A stretch of 63,852 bases of DNA, filler included, from Aduncisulcus paluster (GCA_024181965.1; 11 parts of 11 records of this genome joined end to end with filler, not necessarily neighbours in it), one strand, 5' to 3'. Shown: positions 25,159 to 38,763, counted from the whole stretch's first letter. Numbers and translations: made by a program. Notes: a model not told the origin generated them from the letters alone.

Positions 25159-28158
25159 GGGCGAGGAAGCTATTTTGAGTCAGCCCGGCGATATTGTTGG
25201 ATCACCGCAATATGGCCTTCTGGATGACACAACAGAGTTCAGAGACACCGGTAAACATATTCCACGTTCCACTATTGGATCTAACGCTTCAGTCTCAACC
25301 TCCCCAAGTGCTGTTCATCCTTCTTCAGTCCAAGTATCCACTTCTGTTCATCGACCAATGCCTGTGCAAGAGATATCCACTGTGCCTGATGAAAAGGTAG
25401 GTGTTAATCTTGGTGCCACGATATCAACTACTAGCAGTGGTCGTAGCACGCCAGATTCGAGGAAGGAAAGGCGAGGAACTCAACAAAAGGCAACCAAAAC
25501 TCAAAGAACGCCTATCATGTACAGCGTGACTACATCCGACAAAAGTGACCATTTTGAAGAAAGAGAGGAAGAGGAGGAGAAGAAGAAGAAGAAGAAGAAG
25601 AAGGAAGTGGACATATAGGGAATGATATACAAGAGATTGTATGTTCCATCGTCAGTGCTAGGAGTGTCCCAAGAATGTCTTCAAAGCAACATGGAATGTC
25701 TATGACGCATGATCGGGGAAGGCCCCGCGCCATTACTGATGCTGGCGATTCGTCTTTATCTCGAAAACAATTTCTTGAGGATGCCGGATCCATCTCAAAA
25801 AGATTCACAAGATCATCCCACGATGGTGTTCAATCGCCCTTTCGTCGTCCCCTTGGAACACGGGAGTACCGTAGGTTGCATGGAGATGATGCAATGAGTC
25901 CAACCTCCCCTATGGTCCCCACAATGAGTTCTCAGTCGAAGAATGGTGGAATTCCTCACAACAAATCCATTGATGCCTCGAGTATAGCCAGAGACGATCT
26001 CACCCGAATGTATGCGGATGATATTTCAACAGATACAGGTGATGGGGAAGGTATTGATGAAGAAGGGATAATAGCTGTCGAACGAGGGAATCAAAGTGTT
26101 GCCAATCGTGCTTCATTGACGTTCTCTCGGATTGCCACAATTCAACCCCGTGAGAGTGTACTCAGTGAGAGTGATGAAGAGCTGAAACATGGGATTCGGA
26201 CAAAGAATATCCCTCCTTCATTATCCCAAAGGAATATTCTGCCCCCTGTCGAACCTTCTGAACCCATATCTGCCAGGAAACAGAGTTCTCCAAAACACCG
26301 AGCTTCAGTATCTCACCAGATGAGTCACACTTCTATTATTAGACGTGAGAAACAACACATGAGTCAGGCTGGTGATACCAAACAAGCTAGAATGAGTGAT
26401 CATGTCCATGTTCTGGGTCCCTCTGACTCGTTTTCTGGTCCTCTGAATACTTCAAACAAATCCACTACTCCGTCTCCCTCCCCGGCTGGGGTGCCCTCCA
26501 AAATGCGTAGATCTTCACGTAGATCCTCTACATCGAAGGAACATGTTCAATTCTCCTCTCTGTCTGTCCGTCCAAAGGAAGAAGAATGTTGGTTCACCCC
26601 TGGTGTCCCTCGTCCCATGGAAACCACCTCCAAGGATGATTATAGGGATGAATCAAGACGTGTTCCATTGCATATCCAAGCTTCGGGTAAATATCGTGCA
26701 TCTACCATGTCATCTCGTCCTCGAAGCGAGAGTATCGTCAGTGTTGGTGGTCTTGACGGAGTCGGAATGATCTCTTCTGCAATGAAAGTGAGAGAAAAAA
26801 CCAGTCCTGGTCATTCTGCAGGAGCAGGAAGGTATCTCGGAGCAAGATCGAGGAAAGTATCTCGGCCTGAATGGCAGAATGACATTGTTGAACAAAGTCC
26901 TGCGGACATCAAGCATCGGAGGAGGAGTCTGAGAGTTGGGGAAAGTTCATTGGATGTTATCGAACAAACCATGCGGTTTGGGCCGAAAGATATGGTTTCA
27001 GCCGGTCAAACAGCCCATCATCGTGACCAAAGTGTCGGTGGGGAGGCCATGTGTTTGGATGTGGATCAACGCTCATCTGCTTTTTATGAGAAAGATCGTA
27101 GAAGAGTTGCCGGATGGAGTCGGATAGAAGAGGAGGAACCCTTGTCTCTCAGCAAGGTCGATCAGAGACAATTACTTTCACACAGGTCAACTCAGCGTGC
27201 TGATATGGATGGAGTGAGAAGAGGCGTTGATGGAGACATGGAACCTCACTCTGTTGATGATTATATCGAGTATGATTCCACTTCAACTCATTTCAGATCT
27301 GGACAACGAGGTGGAGCAGCCATGGTCAGAGGAGAACGCCGTGACAGTTCTTCAAGGGAGACAAGAAGGATGAGAGATGAGAGAGATGGCGATAGTAGTA
27401 CAACCACTCAACAAATTCCTTCCTTGCCAACTCGTCACATCTCCCCTTCTCAACAAGTGAGTGTGACCAATGTTCCTTCTCCTCGTCACCAAGAGACTCC
27501 CATTCAACATGCCCCTGTTCACAATGTTCAACGTCATGTTCTGCAGGATTCAGCCACGTCTGGGACACATCATGATCTCTCAGAGTCAACATATGCCGGA
27601 CAAGGGAGGGAAGCAATGAGGATGTGGGCCGAACAAGCGAGAAAACCCATGCAACCCGATAGAAGTAAGCGAGAATCTCCTCCAGAGCAGTATCGGCATG
27701 CCGCTTCCTCCGATTATTCCTCCTCTGGCCAATACCAGCCAAGAGATATCTCTGAAGGAATGATCCTTCGTTCCTCATTTGTTCACCAAAGTTCCTCTAA
27801 AAGATCAGATGCAATCGGGAGGAAGAGGGGTAGTCGTAGAGAAAGCAGTAGTGAGGGCGGTGTCGTTCCCACGTCTCCCATTTCCAGTGCTAGGGGTGGT
27901 CCTGGTATGAGAGATGGGGATTCAAAGCTTGGACGAAGGATAGAAGAGTCTTCTTCCTCCCATCTTGGAATGATCGAGGATCCCCCTGTTCACACTGTTA
28001 GATGGGAGAAGACAACCGGACAACTCGAACCTTACAATCCTACAACCAGAATGGGAAATATTTCTTCGGAGGAAGAAGACAGCGAACAAGAGAGTGCTGG
28101 GTCGTCATTGGGGGCAGATGAATTGCGTCAAACATTCTTGAAGTTCTTCCAAAAATAG
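25159..28158 (+). CDS. Large disordered Ser/Arg-rich protein, 5'-truncated; one frameshift within a GAG/GAA microsatellite at ~25570-25600
   Basis: ORFs 25175-25618 and 25675-28158 join if the repeat is read as poly-Glu (..EEEGSGHIGNDIQEIVCSIVSARSVPRMSSKQ). Confidence 0.7.
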
Positions 28159-28731
28159 GAAATATGAAAAAAATCTCCGCTGTATTATATATTAAATAAT
28201 CATTGTTATCATTATTATGATATTATACAGTTTTTTTACTATTATTATTTTCTTCTATTAGTGTGCATTGATACTATCAATTATTAGTAATAGCCATGTT
28301 TATCCTCTCATTTTCTTCTCTTGGTGGTTCTAAAGGCCACCGAAGCAAATTATTATGTCAACAATTGAATTTTTACTTCGTTCTATTGCGCTATTCCTTA
28401 TGCCCCGTTTTGGTATTTTTATCCTCACTTGCCAAGTGGAATCCAGTGGATTCGTGGTTAACAAACCAATAATTGTGATGATTTTTTCGGAAGGAAACGA
28501 TTTGAAATGTGTTGAGATGATATTTCGGAATATATAAAACAAATTGGAAGGAAGTGACAACTTGGATTTTGAAAATCTATTTTGTCGTTCAATTTCCTTC
28601 TAATCATTAATTAGAAATTTCAAATACTTTAATAAAGAGTGGTAACTTTAATATTCTGGAGTTCTAACCGATGTAATACCTTAGAAGCATCGAAAATTTA
28701 AAATTCCCTTTTTTCTCGAACAACTAAGTTA

Positions 28732-29520
28732 ATGGCTCCACCATCACAACAAAAAATTAAATTAAAAAAAGGGAAATTAACCTTTGAACTTCTTGTAAAG
28801 CCAAACACTGTTAGGAAATGGCGTCAAGGTGAAATTGGTTCTCTCGATAATGTTCTGATTATTGATGAAATATTTTCAAATTCTTCCAAGGGGGAAAAAG
28901 CTAGTGATGCTGATATCACTGCTATCTTTGGCGATATGGCAAAACCCGCTGTGATCGAACGTATTTTGAGAGAAGGTGATATTGAACTTACTACAGCTGA
29001 ACGTAGGCAGCTTGTTGACAAAAAGAAAGCGGGTATTATTGCTTTTATTCATGGAAACTTTATTAATCCAACTAGCAAGCTCCCTCATCCTCAGACTAGG
29101 ATCGAGCAGGCCTTGAAACAGATTAAGCCCCTGAATATCGATCCATTCATTGCACCAGATTTACAAGTTGAAACTTTACTTCCCAAAATCAAGAAGTATA
29201 TTCCTTTGAAACCTGCCAGTCAAGATGTCACAATCACCCTTCCTCCAACATCCATTGGGAAAGGTATGTCCATCATTTACCAACATACAAAGGTTTTGAA
29301 TGAAAGATATGATAGAGAAGGGAATTGTATCCTTGAAGTGACCATTCTTCCTGGAGCTATGGAGGTTCTATCTGATAAATTATCCAAATCTTGTGGAGGG
29401 TATTATAATATGGCATTCCACGATGAAATGGAAGGAGCTGTTGTACCTGAAGGAGAAAAAGAATCCGGGAAAAAGGGTAAAAAAGGTAAGAAAGCAAAGA
29501 AGGCAAAGAAAGGAAAATAA
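28732..29520 (+). CDS. SBDS: SBDS/Sdo1 ribosome maturation factor with a Lys-rich tail
   Basis: KKGKLTFELLVKP..DEIFSNSSKGEKAS..IFG..ILREGDIELTTAERRQ..INPTSKLPHPQTRIEQAL. Confidence 0.92.
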   Translation: MAPPSQQKIKLKKGKLTFELLVKPNTVRKWRQGEIGSLDNVLIIDEIFSNSSKGEKASDADITAIFGDMAKPAVIERILREGDIELTTAERRQLVDKKKAGIIAFIHGNFINPTSKLPHPQTRIEQALKQIKPLNIDPFIAPDLQVETLLPKIKKYIPLKPASQDVTITLPPTSIGKGMSIIYQHTKVLNERYDREGNCILEVTILPGAMEVLSDKLSKSCGGYYNMAFHDEMEGAVVPEGEKESGKKGKKGKKAKKAKKGK

Positions 29521-29623
29521 CTTCCTTGACCAGTCAGATCGATGTAACAAGGATGATACTGTACGATCACACAAGTACATAGTAAATCATTGAATTTACT
29601 AAATACTGGTATCATCGATCCAT

Positions 29624-30448
29624 TCAATTGATTGAGTTTTCATTGGGAACAGGAGTGTCTGTAGAAGAAGAAGATTCCTGAATTTCATTCTCATTTCTTG
29701 TGTTATTCATTTGAGTGGGTCTTGTGGGAGGTCTAATAGGTCCCGACATTCCACCACGACCATGGCGATCGGGGTTCAAAGGTAACCATTCGACTATAAG
29801 CGAAGTGTAAATGAGATACTCAGTCACAAGAACCCATCCCCAGAAAGCTGCGCTAGTAATCGTTGAACTATCATCATCTATGGCATAGAATATGATGGCA
29901 CAAATTAGAATAACAAGATGGATAATAAATGCGATAAGTATGGAAATCCTGCCTAATTTTTTAACACTCCACCATCGAGAATCTCGGTGGAAACAAACAA
30001 TCAAAGATGCATTAATGGCAATATTTGTTGATATTAAAAATATTCCCTTGAATACATCATGAACATCGCCATAATTTTCTGTGTAAGCAGCAAATCCCAA
30101 TATACTAATACACGAAAGGGCGAAAGCAACAAGAGCGAGTATTGCACTGATTATATTGAATTCTCTTCCTCTGTGGAAAGTCATTGCACCAACAATAAGA
30201 AAAGAAGTTCCCACAAAATAAAACGAAGAGGCAAAGAGACTTGAGGCAGTTGCACACCAGAATCGATCCATAAATTCAGATATACTATCATCCAGAAGAG
30301 TTCGATCACACCAAGTCGCTGTAACACCCACAATAATTCCTGCAATAATCAAAGCTATTCCAATTAGTTTAATTCCATTGTGCAATAATCTCAAATGTTT
30401 TCTTCGATAATTACATATCGCAAGACGTTTTAAAAATGTTAAAGCCAT
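29624..30448 (-). CDS. Multi-pass membrane protein (~6 TM), unknown function
   Basis: 274-aa ORF with six long hydrophobic segments and a polar C-terminal tail. Confidence 0.8.
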   Translation of the reverse strand: MALTFLKRLAICNYRRKHLRLLHNGIKLIGIALIIAGIIVGVTATWCDRTLLDDSISEFMDRFWCATASSLFASSFYFVGTSFLIVGAMTFHRGREFNIISAILALVAFALSCISILGFAAYTENYGDVHDVFKGIFLISTNIAINASLIVCFHRDSRWWSVKKLGRISILIAFIIHLVILICAIIFYAIDDDSSTITSAAFWGWVLVTEYLIYTSLIVEWLPLNPDRHGRGGMSGPIRPPTRPTQMNNTRNENEIQESSSSTDTPVPNENSIN

Positions 30449-30980
30449 CTATATAGAATATATTTTTGTAAAAAATGTGAGTGCGGGTAGATTACAATAT
30501 TAGAAATTAGATCGAATTAAATATGTAAAAATGTCAAATTGAAAAAACTTAGCACATGTGTTCTATCACAAGAATTGAAAGCATCAATCATTATAACGAA
30601 TAAAACCTTTAACATTTCTTCAGTATAATAGAATTGTATATCGAGGAGATCGGAAATATAGCCTCCAATGTCTGAGACAAGGATACATATCAAGATATAT
30701 GATAAATTTGCAATATTCTTGAAAGTTAATTATAATTACCTATTATTTATCATTTGGTACGAGTAAATTACAAAAATATTGTGTCGGTGACCAAGAAACC
30801 GTCTCTCGTGACGATCGATTTTCCGATTCAGAGGAAATGATAACATATAGAAGCTTTTATTATCATTAATAATAAAATAGATCCGATTAAGTTCAATTCA
30901 ATATTTATTTGATTATATATATTCCTCCATTCTCTCAAATAAGAAAAATCGAGTCTATAAATTTGTTTTGATACATTACA

Positions 30981-33900
30981 ATGTCAATAATTGTGAAGAA
31001 TCCCAAAGAATTTACCAAAGAAGGAATTCTTGGTACTGGGGGATTCTCAACATGTTATATTTGCTCGCTAGAAGGAATCCGTGAAAAGGTCTGTTTAAAA
31101 GAGCTAAAGGATGCTCCTGATAAGATTCTTATTGATATGTACAACGAAGAATTCCAAAAATTGATTGCTTTGACTCTTAAAAGTGAAGCTAATGATAGAA
31201 TTCCACATCCGATAAAAGTGCTTAACCTTCTCGGCCATAAAGATTTATCACAACAAACATATGGATTTTTTACTGAATTATGTGAGGGGGGTGATGTTTC
31301 AGAGTTTTCAAAATCATGGTGTGGAACTGATCCTTTGAAGAAGGCTAGATTATGTCGAGAGATGATTTCTGCGTTAGCTGATATTCAAAGAGCAGACAAA
31401 CATATAGTTCATCGAGATATTAAACCTCAGAACTTTTTAGTCCGTTTAGAATCTTCTGACTGCAAAGATGATCAGTGTATGGTCAAAGGAACTGTCGTTG
31501 TTAGTGATTTCGGTTTAGCTATTGCAAGAGGAAATAGTATAAGTCTTAGCTTGACTTCTAAAGGTAATCCTTCACAAATTAAAGAAGTCAAAGAGGCAAG
31601 TGGAGATTCTGGGTCTGTCACGGCTGATACATCTTCAGAGAATCATCATATCATTGGCACTCTTCCCTTCATGGCACCAGAAACAGCCAAACGTGGTGTT
31701 TGTTCTCAGAGGAGTGATGCATTCTCCGTCGCCATGGCAGTTTTTGCTGTCTTTTCTGACTCGATTCCTTTTGTTCACAATCCTTTGATCCAACGAAAGG
31801 TCGCAGAAATGAAGATAGATGGTGGAATGGAACCTCTTGTTGAAACTTTGATCCATTTACACGACACTAAGGCAATTCCCCAACTTTCTGATTGTGACGA
31901 TTTTCTTAATCTTTCTGATATCAAATCAGATTCTGGTGTTACCATTGGGGAACAAATATCTGACGTTTTTGAAGAAGTATTTGATGGAATGTCGACTGTT
32001 GACGTTAAAAAACGAATGAGTGTCATCGCAGCCGATGAAAAACTCAAGGGCATTGATCATCTCCTTCCTGCTCTGGAAACTGTTATTTCTCACGATGAAT
32101 ACACGAAATCAACATCCAAATCATCTCATTCACATCTCGAAGGATTCTTTCGATGCTCCTCACTTGCTTCCTCGTTTGCTCCGCATATGCCTTCAAAGCC
32201 TGTGTTCCAATCAATGGATTCTTCAATGGTTGGCAAGCCTATTGTCGATTCAAGCCTCCTTCTTTCAGAGGAACTAAAGGATCCATCAACAACGCACGAA
32301 CAAATAGTTGCCAAGAAGCGAGAACAAATATTTGCCTTGAAGCGGGAACTAATGGATGCCAAGAAGCGAGAACTCGATATGTTACATCAAGAACAAAGAG
32401 AATACCATGAAGCTCGGATGAAATATGGAGATCGAGATCGATCTGGAGATCATTTTGAACGTAAAGAAACCGAAATTCATGCAAAATATAGTCAAAATTT
32501 TCATAACCCTGACTATATTGAATCTTTGAGGAGGGAAGGAATTGTTTTCCATTCAAAACCTATTGACCATTCCAAGAAGTTTTCTGTCATGGAACATCCC
32601 CTTTGTCTCATGAAATGTCCGATATTCTTCTCCAAAAAGAGTGTTGAAATGTCATCTTATATGTCTGGGTTTTCTCTTTTGATGATAAGAGGGATCAACC
32701 CTCAAATAACTTCCCCTCGATTAAAGAATCTCTTGACCAAATTCATCACACATGAAGAAGAGAGGGTTCAAGTTGGTCAAATGTTAGAAAAAAAGATGAA
32801 AGGTCGTGATTTGTATTCTGATCCGGTGTNNNNNNNNNNNNNNNNNNNNAGTGTTGAAATGTCATCTTATATGTCTGGGTTTTCTCTTTTGATGATAAGA
32901 GGGATCAACCCTCAAATAACTTCCCCTCGATTAAAGAATCTCTTGACCAAATTCATCACACATGAAGAAGAGAGGGTTCAAGTTGGTCAAATGTTAGAAA
33001 AAAAGATGAAAGGTCGTGATTTGTATTCTGATCCGGTGTTTCACCCTTTCCAAGTCGATATTCATGAAATTCGGACATTATATCAGGTTAATTTCAATGC
33101 ATTGACTCTTCGCAGTCCATCTTCTTCCATTTTGTCATCTCCTGGTTTGTATCATGTTCTTAGAGGAATTAGTGCGGGCATCAAGACACTCAGACTCAAT
33201 CGGACACTATTAAATCCTGTGGATTCAAAGTATCTTTGGTGGGGGATTGGAGGACAGGTGGCTGAGAGTACTGTCCTCAAGCGAACGGCAGAAATGTTGT
33301 CATATTTGGAGAAATCTTTCGATGCTTCTGGACGCGCTAAATGCTGCAGCCATATCAAATCGCATGAGTTTTTGATTATACCAGAAGGAGAATCCACTTC
33401 TTCAAGATCTGAAGAGTCTTCATTCTTGATGGATAAACGGGGTGTGATTGAACATTTCCTCTCCATGTCTCTTCCTCCCAAGTTGATTGAAGACATTCTA
33501 CCGGAATTATTTGTGAAAGAAACACAATGTAAGTTCCCTTTCGGACTCAAACCCACTTTTGCAACGATGAGACCCCTTCCTTTTTCTGCACCTTTCCTTC
33601 ACACCCTTGATCTTGGTGAATGCGGAATGTTAGGAACTCCAGTTCAGGGAATCGATCTTCCAGATGTCAAGTCAGAACTGAGACATATGTCAATACGATC
33701 AGATAAACAGGGAATCAGTGAATTCGATGAATTACGTCTCAATCCAGAATCCTTGGTCCCATATTTCACTCATATATGTTTGTTAGTGCTATTTTTACCA
33801 TCGTTACACACTCTAACTCTCTCAAAAAATATTCTCTCTGCAGCGAATTTGTGTCTTTTGTTGGCTGCCATGAAAACTCGTGAGACTGTTCTCGAAGGAT

Positions 33901-34523
33901 ATTTATCCAAACCAAAATATACCACGGGGTCTAATATTTCGCCATTAAATCGTGATATCGGTGTTCTTAAGATCCAATGTGGAATTAAAAAACTTGCTAT
34001 TCAGGGGAGTATTCCACACTCTCTTGCTGCTTGGCAATGTATTGGAATGATGATTAGTGATTTGCCTAGTTTACGAGAAGTATGTTTTTAAGTTTAATAT
34101 TATTTATTTTTTGAAATTATTTTAGAAATGTATTCATATTATTTCAATTTTTTCTTCGTTCTGATTTCTTAATTTATTGGATATGTACATCCTTCTGCTA
34201 CAACTTTGCTTTCTCATGAATTCTAAATTTAGCTTCTTTGTGCAATTCCATATATCCGTGATAGATCCTCTCTTCCAGCTTCTTTTTTTGATATTATTGA
34301 AAAAAGTCTAACAATTCGTAGAAATCGTGGATATCACCCTCTTCAACTGATGCTTCCTCTAGGTGAAAAAAGTGGTCATATCACCTCTCTTATTGAAGCT
34401 GATAAGCGTTCTCACAGAACATCTTCCTCTTCAAGCCAAAGAAGTCACCAAGGCCTTGGTGACCAAGGTTTGCCTTCTTCCCCTAATAATAAGACCAAGG
34501 TTGCAACATGTTGTATTGTCTAA
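30981..34523 (+). CDS. Protein kinase + coiled coil + degenerate LRR (RNI-like) region with C-terminal CaaX (CCIV). Exon 1 30981-34079, intron 34080-34232, exon 2 34233-34523; artefactual duplication at gap 32830-32849
   Basis: Kinase motifs GTGGFS, VCLKE, HRDIKPQNF, DFG, GTLPFMAPE. LRR-like LHTLDLGECG and LHTLTLSKNIL. The spliced exon reads LRE|LLCAIPYIRD..NNKTKVATCCIV*. Confidence 0.8.
34080..34232 (+). other. Spliceosomal intron, 153 nt, phase 0
   Basis: GTATGT donor, very AT-rich body, TTCTAAATTTAG acceptor. It opens a 96-codon terminal exon. Confidence 0.75.
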
Positions 34524-35337
34524 AATACCAGATCTACTGGTTCATTTCACCCAATATCTTAAATTCTCACCTTGCATTATTGCGACTAATCTCACATATT
34601 GACCATCAATAATGCTAACAAGCAAATTAATTAATGGGAGGAAACCGGTATTACCGGTTGGTACCGGTTTACATTTGAAATGTAGAACACAAGTAAATAT
34701 TTTCATTGTTTTATTCTTGACAAGCTCCCTGACTTGTTTAAAAAGAAATTTTGTTAGCTGTTCTACAGAATTTATGCTTGGAGCAAATTTACTATTTTGA
34801 AATAAAATATAAATTCCCAGTTTTTGGATTTGAAACCAAACCGGAACCAAAAAAATAAAACATTCTTAATCCTTAAATATAATAAGATGATAACTTCAAA
34901 ATCAGAGTGTCCCACCAAAAAATGACATCTTCGATCTTCTGATAAATATAAAAAAATAAATGAATGAATATAGTTGTTAATAAATTAAGTAAAATAATTG
35001 TTAAAAATGTAAGTTATAAATGAATAAAAACCTTAGCAATTGCGAAGAAATAAAAAACAGAATAAAACAGATTTTCCAACAATTGAAACACCATGCATTC
35101 ATCTATATTACCAGAAGGTTTCATTTATCGAATTATTAATGAGAAATTTAACGGAGAAACGGTGTTTCAGAAACTTTCAAAATCAATCCAGATTTCCCAA
35201 GATTATCTCATCTCACATATTCAGGATTTTCTTAAGTNNNNNNNNNNNNNNNNNNNNNNNNNNNNNNNNNNNNNNNNNNNNTTAATTAATTAANNNNNNN
35301 NNNNNNNNNNNNNNNNNNNNNNNNNNNNNNNNNNNNN

Positions 35338-38300
35338 AAATATGAACGGAGATTGTCATCATGAATGGTGTAACATACAAGGTCGAGCGTATCCGCACTC
35401 CCATCGGTCTTGGCGATCGAGGCACACTCCCTAATGCCAGAGATGGGATTGTACACCTCATTCAGAACAACGGAGGGGCAGCCGTCGGTTCCAGAGCATG
35501 AATAATTAGAAGAATTCAATGAACAACTGTTTGGTAAGAGAGTGGACTCTTTTACACTTTCACTATCAAAGTGAATTGGGAAAACAGATAACAAATAATC
35601 CCAATAATCTGAATCAGATTCACTGTGACAAACAGAAATGTAACGAGAGTAAGTTGTGTTCGCAATACCGAGCAAAAACATTCCAACATTTCTATAAAAT
35701 ACAGAAATATCATAAATTTCCTCATTTCCATAAATATAACCATAGAAAATCCTGTTTAGATATTGAAATGAAGAGAAATCAGCAATATTCATCGGATAAC
35801 TTGAGGCATCATCAGAGTACAAATATACTGAAGAAATCTGAGTTAATTGACCTAAACTTGTGACATCCACAAGAGATGTATTTTCAGCATGTAATTGGCC
35901 AACAGATACCAAGTATTCTATTCCTTCAATAGAAGAAATTGAAGAGTTATTTTTCACTGTCAATGTACCGGATATTTCAGCCATATCAAAGGCCGTCAAA
36001 TTACACAATGTTTCACCCTGACCCAAAAGATCACAAAGATACATTCTCAATTCGTAATTAGGTATATAAATATCATATAAATCGGTGCAATCTTCTCCAT
36101 ACCAGACGGCACGACAAAGACATGATATTTCAGATTCTCCCTTATTAACAGCAGCAATGACGTGAGCTTGATTCTCGCAAGCAAGACATTTGATACTATT
36201 GTCAAAGGTAATGGCAGGAATAGAAATACATTCTCCATCAGAATTGGAAGCATAACCAGTAGGACAAGCCTTGAGGCAAGAATTGGTTTCTAAATCGAGG
36301 TAATAGCCAGTCCAACACTCAACATTCCAAAATCCATCAATTATTTCACGACAGACCTCATGACCAGAAAAGGTTGCAAAGGCAGAACATTCGTATTCTT
36401 GATCATCAGTGGTAACAGTCACTAAATTTGTAAATTGCGAAAGAAGAGCAGTTTCAACACCATCGGAATCTGAGAATTTGTTTCCATCAAGAGCTAAGGA
36501 TGTTAGTGTTGAAGGCAAGATAGACTCAGTGACCAAAGGAGAAACATCATTGATACCATTTTCCCTTATAGATAACAAATAGAGTGTGGTGAATGATGAA
36601 AACATTGAGGCGGCTAATTCTAAACCAATTCCATCCAAATATAAGGCTTCAATATCCGTTGGCAAGTAATCCAACCCATCAAACGAGGAACATCCACTGA
36701 TATCAAGAGAGGTGATCGTACTCGGAAACTCTCCAGCAGAGGCAACATTGTACAGAGGATTGTTTGCAACAGACAGAGTCGTCAAACTGGAAAAGGAGAC
36801 GAAGGAGGTATCGGCAGCAATCCCAACGCCATCAAGACTCAGAGTAGTTAAACCAGTCGGAAGATATGAGAGTCCGTCGAAGCTTGAACACCCGCCAAGA
36901 TCCAGATATTTCAGAGAAGAGGGTAATTGTGAAGAACTGCTCATGTTGAAAGAAGAGCTGTTCACAAGAGACAATGTCTCAAGGCCAGTGAATGCAGCAA
37001 AGGACGTAGAAGCTCCAACACCAACGTCATCCAAATAGAGGGATAGGCAACATTGTACAGAGGATTGTTTGCAACAGACAGAGTCGTCAAACTGGAAAAG
37101 GAGACGAAGGAGGTATCGGCAGCAATCCCAACGCCATCAAGACTCAGAGTAGTTAAACCAGTCGGAAGATATGAGAGTCCGTCGAAGCTTGAACACCCGC
37201 CAAGATCCAGATATTTCAGAGAAGAGGGTAATTGTGAAGAACTGCTCATGTTGAAAGAAGAGCTGTTCACAAGAGACAATGTCTCAAGGCCATTCTAAAC
37301 CAATTCCATCCAAATATAAGGCTTCAATATCCGTTGGCAAGTAATCCAACCCATCAAACGAGGAACATCCACTGATATCAAGAGAGGTGATCGTACTCGG
37401 AAACTCTCCAGCAGAGGCAACATTGTACAGAGGATTGTTTGCAACAGACAGAGTCGTCAAACTGGAAAAGGAGACGAAGGAGGTATCGGCAGCAATCCCA
37501 ACGCCATCAAGACTCAGAGTAGTTAAACCAGTCGGAAGATATGAGAGTCCGTCGAAGCTTGAACACCCGCCAAGATCCAGATATTTCAGAGAAGAGGGTA
37601 ATTGTGAAGAACTGCTCATGTTGAAAGAAGAGCTGTTCACAAGAGACAATGTCTCAAGGCCAGTGAATGCAGCAAAGGACGTAGAAGCTCCAACACCAAC
37701 GTCATCCAAATAGAGGGATACCAAGGATGAGGGAAGATTTTCAACATGTGAACAACTGGTTTGATTTGCATCAAGATAAACTAATGAGGAGGGGAATAAA
37801 CCACTGGAAGTAGCATCAAAATTAGGATTTCCAGAAGCCCAAATCGTATTTAAACTTGTCATCGATGAAAAATCTAAACCAGCTGAGGCATTCATCTCAA
37901 CCATTGTTATCTTTTCCAATGAAGACGGGAGATATTCCAAATTGGTGAATCCAGTGCATCCACTAATGTCGATCGATGTGAGTGTCGATGGGAAAAATCC
38001 AGAAGAAGAAACATTGAAACTTGTGTTCCCAACAAGAGATAGAGTTGTGAGGTGAATCAATGTACTGAAAGATGTGTCCGCGGCAACATCAGCGTTGTCC
38101 ATGGAGAGAGTGACGACGGAAATTGGAATGTTGTCAATAACCTCGGTTGTAGCAGCATCAAACGAAAGGTTGCTCAGGTCAAGCGTTGTTAAGTTTGTGG
38201 CAAATTCTAATCCGGTTAAATCCGTGATAGTTGTAAGGCTGGAAAGATCCAGCGCAGTCATATTCAACATTTCTGAGGGTGTAATATGGTCATCGACACA

Positions 38301-38561
38301 TGTGACAAGGGTAGAAGCGGTATCACAAATATAGGCTTCGAGATCAGAATCGGTGAAATTAATGTACTCACAAGCATCTCCAAGATACGAAGAGGAACAA
38401 CTGCATGTATGGGTCGATTCTTCACATGTCCCATTTGTTCCGCCACAGACAGAAGAATTAATAACGGGACAAGATTTATCGCAATCAGTGCCATACCAAT
38501 CCTCAATACAGCCAGAAATCACAGAAGAAGATCCATATTCCATAATGCATTGAGTGACCAA
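35338..38561 (-). CDS. Internalin-like LRR + EGF/Cys-rich surface protein, partial at both ends, with an internal duplicated block 36618-37292
   Basis: EGF-like CIEDWYGTDCDKSCP and CSCSSSYLGDACE, cap FTDSDLEAYIC, ITDLTGLEFATNLTTLDLS, many LPSSLxxLxL repeats, and the CPSVVLNEVY family motif. Confidence 0.85.
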
Positions 38562-38763
38562 GGATGAGGGAAGATTNNNNNNNNNNNNNNNNNNNNNNNN
38601 NNNNNNNNNNNNNNNNNNNNTTAATTAATTAANNNNNNNNNNNNNNNNNNNNNNNNNNNNNNNNNNNNNNNNNNNNTCACCACTCTAACAAGATTATCCC
38701 ATTAGTTTAAACAATTTGATAATGACAATGTTTTCCTCCTTTTGATTGACTTCTTCCTCTTTT

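Noticed and set aside
25560-25610. Programmed frameshift in the Ser/Arg-rich gene
   Set aside because: The shift lies inside a GAG/GAA microsatellite with no slippery heptamer or stimulatory structure; probably an indel error.
36618-37720. Nested duplication/triplication within the LRR gene as repeat expansion
   Set aside because: The copies appear base-identical and break the frame, and the scaffold end (38557-38576) reuses 37719-37738. Most consistent with misassembly, although reads are needed to be sure.
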